DNA from: Thermodiscus sp.
Lineage (GTDB): Archaea; Thermoproteota; Thermoprotei_A; Sulfolobales; Acidilobaceae
DNA: 64,000 nucleotides
Reading direction: 5' to 3'
Assembly (NCBI GenBank): GCA_035615875.1
Contig: WWDN01000042.1
Coordinates: 221-64,220, forward strand
Part shown: one piece after another, positions 1 through 7,587 of the stretch
Position numbering within the stretch: the stretch's first letter is position 1
Layout of the letters: each line of letters begins with the position of its first letter
Program-made: the position numbers and the translations under genes
The notes under the pieces: generated by a model
Databases searched by the model: none
Seen by the model: the letters and a program-made list of their open reading frames with translations, nothing else
Told to the model about the DNA's origin: nothing

Positions 1-237
1 TTCAAGGAAGCAGAAAAAGAAGCTGGAATAGAACCCTTCTGGCACAAGACGCCCGAGGAGATACTGGGTTTACGAGAGGCGTTGCCCGCTCCATATTCGT
101 CTTATAGGGAGTGGCTTGTCGAGTTCCTATCCTCGACCCTTAGAAGCATGGATCCCCGGGAGTTGGCCGAGCTAATCGTATCTTGCTGTGGAGGCGAGTG
201 CATCTATAGGGAGATTACTAGGCATGGAAAGGGATGA
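1..237 (+). CDS. 3' end of an unidentified ORF entering from the left edge (79 codons)
   Basis: Hand translation of frame +1 is open from base 1: FKEAEKEAGIEPFWHKTPEE...SCCGGECIYREITRHGKG, stop TGA at 235-237. No family recognised. Confidence 0.3.
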   Translation, partial: FKEAEKEAGIEPFWHKTPEEILGLREALPAPYSSYREWLVEFLSSTLRSMDPRELAELIVSCCGGECIYREITRHGKG

Positions 238-289
238 TCCTCTTGCCTCTTCTGCTACTTTTCTATTTTTCTCAGTGCCTGGTTGAGGG

Positions 290-598
290 TTAGTCGCGCT
301 TGAGTTTGTCTCTGATAATGTCCCATTCTCCGGGGCATATTTGGTGTGCTAGCATTGCTCCTTTTCTTGTAAGTGTGTAGGTGTTCCTCTTTTCGTAGGG
401 CCTGGCTAGGCTCTTCTTTATGAGGCTCTTTAGGGCTTCTCTGACTTCTCTCTTTGAGATGCCTAGGGTTTTGAGGGGGCTGTGTATGGCTTGGAGAGGG
501 ATGTTCGCTGGTTTTCGACCTGTTGCGAATCCCACTTTCCTGTATATGGCGCAGAGGATTAGGGTTTCGATTTCTGTCAGGTCTTCTATTGCATTCAC
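290..598 (-). CDS. small winged-helix/HTH DNA-binding protein
   Basis: 102-aa ORF with an HTH-like core (GISKREVREALKSLIKKSLARPYEKRNTYTLTRKG). Divergent from 708..1175 across a promoter carrying three TTGYGCAA boxes. Confidence 0.55.
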   Translation of the reverse strand: MNAIEDLTEIETLILCAIYRKVGFATGRKPANIPLQAIHSPLKTLGISKREVREALKSLIKKSLARPYEKRNTYTLTRKGAMLAHQICPGEWDIIRDKLKRD

Positions 599-616
599 CC
601 CGCGTTTCTATGCTGG

Positions 617-664
617 TTTGTGCAACTCTATTAGTATTTGCGCAACATCAGTTAATGCGCAAAC
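617..664. promoter_or_regulatory. three TTGYGCAA palindromic boxes in a divergent promoter (candidate operator array)
   Basis: TTTGTGCAAC at 617-626, TTTGCGCAAC at 637-646 (core TTGCGCAA is a perfect palindrome) and AATGCGCAAAC at 654-664. Core spacing is 20 and 17 bp. The boxes lie between the start at 598 (-) and the start at 708 (+). Confidence 0.4.
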
Positions 665-707
665 ATTTAAGCCATCTAGACATGTAACCCTTGTAGTGAG
701 TGTGGGG

Positions 708-1175
708 ATGAGATTGGAGGAGGCCATGGAAGTCGTCATCCTTGGGAGGCCTTACCTGCAAGTGGTGCTCCCTCTAGTCAAGACGAGGACCAGGAGCAGA
801 AACCGCGTTTACGAGAGATACGTTATCAACGTGCCCCGCTGGCTCGGCGAAAAACTCAACCCCCGCGGCGAGAGGAAGGTCTTCGTACTAGCCTACATCA
901 CCAAACCCTGGATACACCAGCTACTCCCCCTAGACCCCGACGACCCCATATACACTAGGCTACCCGAAGAGGCCAAGACGGAACTCTACTACCAGGGCCG
1001 AGATCCCACGGCGAAGCCCAAGAGCCGGGTAGTCTACATAGCCGCCGAAGAGGAAGAAGTCAAACAACTAGGCCTAGACCCCGAGAAACCCATAACATTA
1101 AGAGACATAGTAGAAGCCGTGCTGGAGAAGACCGTGAAAGAGAGGGCACTGGTTGGGCAAGTGAGCCAAGCCTAG
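708..1175 (+). CDS. hypothetical protein
   Basis: ATG at 708 is in frame with the 420..1175 track ORF. The upstream part of that ORF is antisense to 290..598. A TATA-like TTTAA lies at about 665. No family recognised; VINVPRWLGEKL is weakly AbrB/SpoVT-like. Confidence 0.45.
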   Translation: MRLEEAMEVVILGRPYLQVVLPLVKTRTRSRNRVYERYVINVPRWLGEKLNPRGERKVFVLAYITKPWIHQLLPLDPDDPIYTRLPEEAKTELYYQGRDPTAKPKSRVVYIAAEEEEVKQLGLDPEKPITLRDIVEAVLEKTVKERALVGQVSQA

Positions 1176-1222
1176 CCTCTGGCTCTCGGAAATGCGGGCT
1201 GAGAAGGGGCTCTGCCCCTCTA

Positions 1223-1301
1223 TGGTGCGGCCGCCGGGATTTGAACCCGGGATCGCCGGCTTGGGAGGCCGGCGTCCTAGTCCAGGCTAGACGACGGCCG
1301 C
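1223..1301 (-). tRNA. tRNA-Gly (anticodon CCC), 3' CCA encoded
   Basis: Hand-folded cloverleaf: acceptor GCGGCCG/CGGCCGC, D stem GTCT/GGAC, anticodon stem CCGGC/GCCGG with loop CUCCCAA, T arm CCGGG-UUCAAAU-CCCGG, discriminator A followed by CCA. Confidence 0.9.
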
Positions 1302-1551
1302 CTCCATAGGTGTCTATACTGTCTGTGCGGGCTTTAACGGTTCCGGTCTCCCGGGTCGGTTGGTTGTCATTTGTTGCGTTTCTGCAGGTTTTTAGCCGGC
1401 AACCCGTATTACCTTGTCCTGGTAGTACCTGTGTATTGGGAGGGACCCTCTCGGGAGATGGGGAGAAAGGGAGTCTCCCGAATCGTGGGATGTGGTGAGC
1501 CGGAACACCTTATCCCTGGGAGGGTCCCTCGTGGAGCCTGGTGTCTCGGGG

Positions 1552-2652
1552 ATGAGCGGGAGGTTTATTGTAGTTGGCCTGGGCAACGTTGGGCTACGCG
1601 TCCTATGGGACTTGACGCGTCATGGCCATGAGGTTGTGGGTGTTGATAGTAGTTATGAGGCTGTGGAGCGCGCGCGTAGCATGGGTTTGAACGCGGAGCT
1701 CGGGGATGTAGCGGCCGTCTCCAAGCTGGCTGGGAGGATTGGCAGGGTTGACGCTGTCGTGTCGGCGTTGCCCGGGGCTATAGGGTTCAACGTGGTTAAG
1801 AGCCTGGTCGAGCTGGGGTTTAGCGTGGTCGACGTCTCATTCTTCCCGGAGGACCCGTGGCCCCTGCATGAGCTGGCCCTGAGCAGGGGGGTTACAGTCG
1901 TTGTTGACGCTGGCATAGCGCCTGGCCTCTCCAATTTCCTGGTGGGGGCTGGCGTTCGCCGCACGGGTTCGAGGCATGTGAGGATTTTCGTGGGAGGAAT
2001 CTCCGCCAGGCCCGATAGCAATCCCCTGGGCCTTGCGGCCACGTGGAGTACTGAGGATCTCTTGGAGGAGTATCGTAGGCCGGCTAGGTATATTAGGGAT
2101 GGGAGGGTGCACTCGGTCTCCCCGCTTGAGGCGACGCCTGGCCAGGTGGAGGTTCCCGGCGTTGGCGTGCTAGAGTATTTCCCCACCGATGGCCTCAGGA
2201 CGCTTCTCAAGACGTATGGCGACATGGAGTTCATGGCGGAGTACACGCTTAGATGGCCGGGTCATCTTAACTTGATGAAGACCCTCGCGTCCCTGGGCTT
2301 CCTCGGGGACCAGAACATAAGCGTCCAGGGATGCGTTATAACCCCTAGGGCTTGCCTGGCGTCCGTCCTCAGGAGCGGGTTGCGTGGCGTCAGGGATATC
2401 GTCGTCCTCATGGTCGAGCTATCTAACGGGGAGGGGACCCTCAGGTTTAGGAGCGTTGTCAAGTCCGACGAGAACTGGTCCGCTATGTCGAAGGGGACCG
2501 GCTCGTTCCAGGCGGTGGTCGCCGAGCTACTCCATGAGGGTAGGCTGGGGCGCGGCCTCGTGGTCCCCGAGGAGATTGGGAGGGACCCCGAGCTCGCCTC
2601 CAGCGTTATGAGGAAGCTCTCGCTGAGGTCCATACACGTGCTAGAGGACTAG
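1552..2652 (+). CDS. saccharopine dehydrogenase-family NAD(P)-binding oxidoreductase
   Basis: N-terminal Rossmann motif FIVVGLGNVGLRV. Family-typical segments IAPGLSN, ATWSTEDLLEEY and TLRWPGH. ATG at 1552 chosen over the upstream GC-rich extension. Confidence 0.7.
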   Translation: MSGRFIVVGLGNVGLRVLWDLTRHGHEVVGVDSSYEAVERARSMGLNAELGDVAAVSKLAGRIGRVDAVVSALPGAIGFNVVKSLVELGFSVVDVSFFPEDPWPLHELALSRGVTVVVDAGIAPGLSNFLVGAGVRRTGSRHVRIFVGGISARPDSNPLGLAATWSTEDLLEEYRRPARYIRDGRVHSVSPLEATPGQVEVPGVGVLEYFPTDGLRTLLKTYGDMEFMAEYTLRWPGHLNLMKTLASLGFLGDQNISVQGCVITPRACLASVLRSGLRGVRDIVVLMVELSNGEGTLRFRSVVKSDENWSAMSKGTGSFQAVVAELLHEGRLGRGLVVPEEIGRDPELASSVMRKLSLRSIHVLED

Positions 2653-4808
2653 TCCATGAAGGCCTCTAACCCCCTTTTATCCGAGTCGCTGGCCTCCGGT
2701 AGTTTATCCGCGTCCTCCCTCCTACCCAGGAACTCTAGTATAGCCCTCACAGTGGCCGACCCAATCCCGGGTATCCTAGCCAGTTCCCTTGGATCGGCTA
2801 GGGCTAGCTCGTGCAGGGACCTATAGCCGGCCTTATAGAGGCGTCTAGCCCTCACCCTGCCTATCCCGGGTATAGCGACCAGGGGTAGGAGTTCCTCTTT
2901 CACCCCATGCTTTATCCTCCTAGCCAGCACCCTGAGTTGCTGCGAGACCTCCATGGAACCCCTAGCTAGTAGCTGGACGACGTCGGCTAGGGAGGACGCG
3001 ATCCACTCGCCCGTCTCCACGAGGGAGGCTAGATCGCCTGGCCCCACATTATACCTCTCGGACAGCTCCTCGTCCCCCACCTCATCGATCCAATCCTTTA
3101 GGAGGAACGTTACCTTGATTCTCCGGAGTTCCTCGGGCCCGAACCAGTCTATCAGGTCGGTTAGGTCGAGGGCGTCCTCTATGCTTCTATCCATCAAGTA
3201 GTCCTCCTCCCGCCTGGAGACGGGGAGCGTTATCATGTCGGGCGACGACGCGATCATGTATAGGAGTATATCGGTCGTGTACCTCTTCGCCCTCCCCAGT
3301 ATATTGTTCACTATGGGTATGTTGGCCGGGTCAAGGTATCGCTGCGATACGGTATGGCCTAGGGGAGTCGCGGAGAGGAGTCCATCTTCCTCCTGGACTA
3401 GCCCCCACTCCACCAGGTTCCCCAGGGACTTCTCCGCGACAGGAGCCACCCTCCCGGGACCCTCCAGGTAGCTGTGGAACGTCTTCGAGATAAACTCCAT
3501 GATCTCTCCCCTGGTGGAGGCTAGGCCCGAGTCCAGGATGCCTAGTATGACGTGTCTCAGACTCTTCACGTTGGACAGTTTGCTCGTGACGCGCTCAAGC
3601 TCCCCATACACATAGTAGTCCATCAATTCCTCTATCCCGTCTCCCCTGGAGGCTACGATAACTGCGTCGCCAACCTCGTCGTATCCCGGGCGCCCCGCTC
3701 TACCGGCCAGCTGTTTATACTCGTAGACTGCAATGGGCCTCCTCACCCCCGCCTCGAACCTATAGTACTCCTCGACCAACACCAGCCTAGCGGGAAGGTT
3801 CACTCCGGCCGCCAGAGTCGGCGTCGCATGTATGACGGCTATTCCGCCGCTCCTGAAGCCCTTCTCGACCAGCCTCCTCTGGGTATTCGATAGCCCTGCG
3901 TGGTGAAAGGCGACGCCACTCTTGACAAGATCTGCGAGCTTCTCGCGTAGTTGCAGGGGGCCGTCGCTCCGGCGTATCGCGAGGGCAATCTCCCGGGCCG
4001 TCTCCCTATCGTACTGGAGAGCGCCTTCCAGTGTCTTTGCAGTCTTCTCGGCTAGCGAGACGACTCTCCTCCGAGACTGGGAGAAGACTAGTGCCTGGGC
4101 TCCCTCCTTTAGGTAGTGGTATAGCGGGTTGATGTAGGGTAGGGGGGACAGGATTTTTACACGGCTCTCTGATCCGTTGGAGAACACTATCCTCTCATCC
4201 TTGTAGACCCCCTCCTTCAGGGGGACAGGGCGCCAGTCGAGGGTTATGGCGCGTGCATTCATCCACTCGGCTAGCTCGTTGATATTGGGTATGGTCGCCG
4301 AGAGGCCTATTAGTTGGGGGTCCTTGCCGGCGTATAGTATCCTGGTTATTAGGGATTCCAGTATTGGCCCCCTCTTCTCGTCGCCGATGTAGTGTAGCTC
4401 GTCTATGACAGCCACGGATACCTTGTCCATCATATCCGGCCTGTTCCTTAGTATACTGTCCAGCTTCTCGTAGGTGGTCACAAGCAGGTTCGCGTCCTTT
4501 GGACCACTGGCCAGGTTGCCGACTTCTATCCTAGCCTTCACGCCTAGGCTGCCGAGCTTCGAGAATAGACTCGCTTTTTCATACGCTATGCTCCTGAGAG
4601 GAGCAGTGTATACCGCGATGCCCTGGGGGTTGTCGTGTAGGGAGTTCACGATCCCGATCAGTCCTATGAGGGTCTTACCGCTGGCCGTGGGCGTCGAGAC
4701 TATTAGGTTCTCGCCGTGCTCGACGCCGAGATCTAGCGCCCTTTCCTGCGGTGGGTAGAGGTTCTCTATGCCTAGTAGCCTCAACAGTCTTTCCGTTGCC
4801 TTCCTCAA
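2649..4808 (-). CDS. hel308: Ski2-like DNA helicase Hel308/Hjm
   Basis: 719 aa. SF2 motifs are present: Walker A TPTASGKT, DELH box, HHAGL. C-terminal helix-hairpin-helix repeats (IPGIGRVRARRLYKAG, IPGIGSATV). Confidence 0.9.
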   Translation of the reverse strand: MRKATERLLRLLGIENLYPPQERALDLGVEHGENLIVSTPTASGKTLIGLIGIVNSLHDNPQGIAVYTAPLRSIAYEKASLFSKLGSLGVKARIEVGNLASGPKDANLLVTTYEKLDSILRNRPDMMDKVSVAVIDELHYIGDEKRGPILESLITRILYAGKDPQLIGLSATIPNINELAEWMNARAITLDWRPVPLKEGVYKDERIVFSNGSESRVKILSPLPYINPLYHYLKEGAQALVFSQSRRRVVSLAEKTAKTLEGALQYDRETAREIALAIRRSDGPLQLREKLADLVKSGVAFHHAGLSNTQRRLVEKGFRSGGIAVIHATPTLAAGVNLPARLVLVEEYYRFEAGVRRPIAVYEYKQLAGRAGRPGYDEVGDAVIVASRGDGIEELMDYYVYGELERVTSKLSNVKSLRHVILGILDSGLASTRGEIMEFISKTFHSYLEGPGRVAPVAEKSLGNLVEWGLVQEEDGLLSATPLGHTVSQRYLDPANIPIVNNILGRAKRYTTDILLYMIASSPDMITLPVSRREEDYLMDRSIEDALDLTDLIDWFGPEELRRIKVTFLLKDWIDEVGDEELSERYNVGPGDLASLVETGEWIASSLADVVQLLARGSMEVSQQLRVLARRIKHGVKEELLPLVAIPGIGRVRARRLYKAGYRSLHELALADPRELARIPGIGSATVRAILEFLGRREDADKLPEASDSDKRGLEAFMD

Positions 4809-4841
4809 TGGTTGCCGGCACCTTTCCCGGGGGGCTTATAC

Positions 4842-6914
4842 CTACTCTACCACGCGGTAGCAGCCGGTCTTAGGCCTGTAGATTAGGCCCTCGCGGTAGA
4901 GCTTATATAGAGTATCCCTTATCTTCTCCTTGTCGAGGTTCGTTGACTCCTGTACTTGTTTTATGATTTCGGATTCCTGCACGCATTCCTTGTCGCTTTC
5001 AAGCATTTTTATCGTATCTACTATGATCGTGGAGAGCCTTATCTGGTGCCTGCTCTTCCCCGTCATGATTATACTGGCGTCTATTTCTCCCGTCTCGGTC
5101 ATGCCCACGCTTGATAGGTAGCTCATTGTGATTCTGATGGCTTCAGCCGCATCCTCTACCGTTACCTCGTCTTTCAGCGCCATCTTTGCGTGGGCTTCTG
5201 CGATCCGTATTATGGCTTCGAGCTGTCGGGCTGTTATGGGTACGGGTGGGCTTTTCTCGTGTGCGACGGCCATGTTCCTCATGTAGACGAAGAACTCTTC
5301 TATCAGCTTCTTAGCGTTGGGACTGATCTTAGGCTTCACGTATCTCCTGGCATAGATGATGTATTTCTTTAGGAGGCTGGGTTCTATCTCCATCTTGAAC
5401 TTCTCAATGTTACTATGAGCCTCAAGTATATACCTAGCCAGGCGCCTGTCCTTCTCCAGGCTCGGCTTATCCCTAATGACGAATATCAAGTCGAACCTCG
5501 ATATTATAGTCGGCTGCAAGTTCACGTTATCAGTGAAGGTCTTGTCCTCCAGGTATATCCCGAACTTAGGATTACCAGCGGCCAGTATACTGGCCCTAGC
5601 GTTAAGCCTCGCCACGATCCCCGCCTTCGAGATGCTTATAACCTGCTGCTCCATCGCCTCGTGTATAGCCACTCTGTCCTCAGGCCTCATCTTATCTATC
5701 TCGTCGATAACCGCCACCCCGCCATCGGCCAGGACGAGGGCCCCTGCCTCCAGGTAGAACTCGCCAGTCTTACTATCCCGGACAACCGCCGCCGTCAAGC
5801 CGGCTGCCGTCGACCCCTTACCACTGGTGTACACTGCCCTGGGCGCGATCCTGGCAGCCGACTGTAGTAGCTGTGACTTGGCGACTCCGGGATCTCCTAC
5901 GAAGAGTACATGTATGTCTCCTCGTATCCTGGTTCCATCGGGCATAGTCTTGGGTACTCCGCCGAATAGTGCCAGCGCTATCGCCTCCTTGAGATCCCAA
6001 TGACTGTATATGCTTGGAGCTATGCTGGCGATTATCCTCTCACGTATCCAGGGGTCTCGGGCCAGCTCCTTTATCCTCTCCTCGTCTTCCCTGGTAATCG
6101 TTATCTCCTCTAGAGCCTTCTCCGATACCCGCATACTATTCGCTTCAAGGTAGATCTCGTATAGGGGGCTTGTGGTAGAGGTCTGCTCTAGCCTGGGAAT
6201 ACCGACAAGCGTGACTCTATCCCCCGGCCGGGCCGAGTCGACTAGGTCGTGCGTCAAGTGTATCTCGATACTCCTCGGCATCTGCCCTCCGGGGACGTCC
6301 TCCGGCCTCTCCTGCAGGGTTATCTTCTGCCAGTCTATGTACCTTGACTTCTCCTTTAATAGCAGGAATTTCCCTCCGCCCTCGCCGCATATGGGGCATA
6401 TAGAGGGTTTCTCGATTCTATCACCCACAGACTCGTCTCCTGGGGGCCACTCGAACTCGCCCCCGCATTTCTCGTGGCGGAATACGGCTTTCACCATCTT
6501 ACTCCTAATCGGGTGCATGCGCGTAACAATACCCTCAACCTGTACCAGCTTCCCTACGAGCTCGCTCCGAATGTTCCTTATCTTTACCGTCTCGAAGAGG
6601 CCGTAGATCCTGGCTATGAACTTCTTCTTCTCAGCGTATTCGGGGTCTTCGAGCTTGACTAGCTCCCTTATGGCTTCCCCCGCCTCGCGTAGGACCTCGG
6701 AGGGATTGTCTATGAGCGCTTCTGCCAGCTCGGTGTTGTACCTGTATAGGTCTGAGAAGTCTATGGGTAGGCTCTGGAGGTCGAAGTTTATCATCCGCCT
6801 CAACCGCTCCATGTACTTGAAGCGGCCGTGCTCGTCCCTGAAGTTCTTGATAAAGTCTTTGAACATGTCTCCATAGCCGGCTGAGGGCTCCTCGTATCCC
6901 ACTACCTCTGTCAA
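4842..6914 (-). CDS. mcm: MCM replicative helicase
   Basis: 690 aa. Zn motif HEKCGGEF...CPICG, Walker A GDPGVAKSQ, Walker B DEIDKM, arginine-finger SRFDL, C-terminal winged helix. Confidence 0.95.
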   Translation of the reverse strand: MTEVVGYEEPSAGYGDMFKDFIKNFRDEHGRFKYMERLRRMINFDLQSLPIDFSDLYRYNTELAEALIDNPSEVLREAGEAIRELVKLEDPEYAEKKKFIARIYGLFETVKIRNIRSELVGKLVQVEGIVTRMHPIRSKMVKAVFRHEKCGGEFEWPPGDESVGDRIEKPSICPICGEGGGKFLLLKEKSRYIDWQKITLQERPEDVPGGQMPRSIEIHLTHDLVDSARPGDRVTLVGIPRLEQTSTTSPLYEIYLEANSMRVSEKALEEITITREDEERIKELARDPWIRERIIASIAPSIYSHWDLKEAIALALFGGVPKTMPDGTRIRGDIHVLFVGDPGVAKSQLLQSAARIAPRAVYTSGKGSTAAGLTAAVVRDSKTGEFYLEAGALVLADGGVAVIDEIDKMRPEDRVAIHEAMEQQVISISKAGIVARLNARASILAAGNPKFGIYLEDKTFTDNVNLQPTIISRFDLIFVIRDKPSLEKDRRLARYILEAHSNIEKFKMEIEPSLLKKYIIYARRYVKPKISPNAKKLIEEFFVYMRNMAVAHEKSPPVPITARQLEAIIRIAEAHAKMALKDEVTVEDAAEAIRITMSYLSSVGMTETGEIDASIIMTGKSRHQIRLSTIIVDTIKMLESDKECVQESEIIKQVQESTNLDKEKIRDTLYKLYREGLIYRPKTGCYRVVE

Positions 6915-6921
6915 ACCCCTG

Positions 6922-7479
6922 TCACCTCTTGAAGATCCCAGTGATGTACTCCTTCCACATCCTGGTGATCTCGTTCACGCCGGTGTAGACGAGGTTTTCC
7001 TCCGGCGTCATCCTATCCCTGAGTTCCTCGCCTGAGGTCAACGCGAGCCTAAGTATTTTCACGAGCCTAGTCTCCGCCAGTTCCACCAGGTTCTTCTCCA
7101 GGATTTCCCTGTCTCTTAGTAGCATGTGTGTGGGATGCTCTTGGATGAGCTTGTTCAGCTCTTCCACGAGTTCCCTGGCTTTCAGGTAGAAGTCGTTGGG
7201 GAGCGGGGTCAACTGGTTGGCGGCCGCGCGCCTCTTCTCCCTGTAATGGTAGGTGTTCACGGTATCGATATCGAGCTTCTTGTCCTTAACCTCTACTAGG
7301 CCGTTAGCCTCTAGGAGGCGTGCCTGCCACCTGGGCAGGTCTAGCTCGTCACCCCGCCTGGCGTTGACCCTCCCCGCCGGTGTTGGTAGCCCGTGGTAGT
7401 TCCTCAGGAACACTACTCTCACGTTCCGCGTCTCATAGTCGAGTTGTATCAGCTTCAGGCGCTCGTCTAGTTTCAACAC
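6922..7479 (-). CDS. gins23: GINS subunit, Gins23 type (B-A domain order)
   Basis: 185 aa. Beta-rich N-terminus followed by the helical GINS A-domain (LPNDFYLKARELVEEL...RLVKILRLAL). Its stop lies 7 nt upstream of the mcm start, as in the Sulfolobus gins23-mcm operon. Confidence 0.65.
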   Translation of the reverse strand: MLKLDERLKLIQLDYETRNVRVVFLRNYHGLPTPAGRVNARRGDELDLPRWQARLLEANGLVEVKDKKLDIDTVNTYHYREKRRAAANQLTPLPNDFYLKARELVEELNKLIQEHPTHMLLRDREILEKNLVELAETRLVKILRLALTSGEELRDRMTPEENLVYTGVNEITRMWKEYITGIFKR

Positions 7480-7587
7480 TCCTCCCGATTACAGGTTGTT
7501 AATGCCGGGAGTTGATATAGGGGGTTGAACGCTATTCGCCTTATTAGGGGTAAATAGGGTTATCCTATATGAATAGATTCGGGATGC

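Noticed and set aside
420-707. N-terminal 96 codons of the 420..1175 track ORF
   Set aside because: This part is antisense to the better-supported wHTH gene (290..598) and then crosses the promoter spacer. Its translation is low-complexity (R/L/F/S-rich). The ATG at 708 gives a sensible gene.
1310-1631. Short mutually overlapping ORFs (1310..1498, 1371..1631, 1392..1586)
   Set aside because: They overlap in three frames in a GC-rich spacer and have Pro/Gly/Arg/Ser-rich implausible products. Treated as non-coding.
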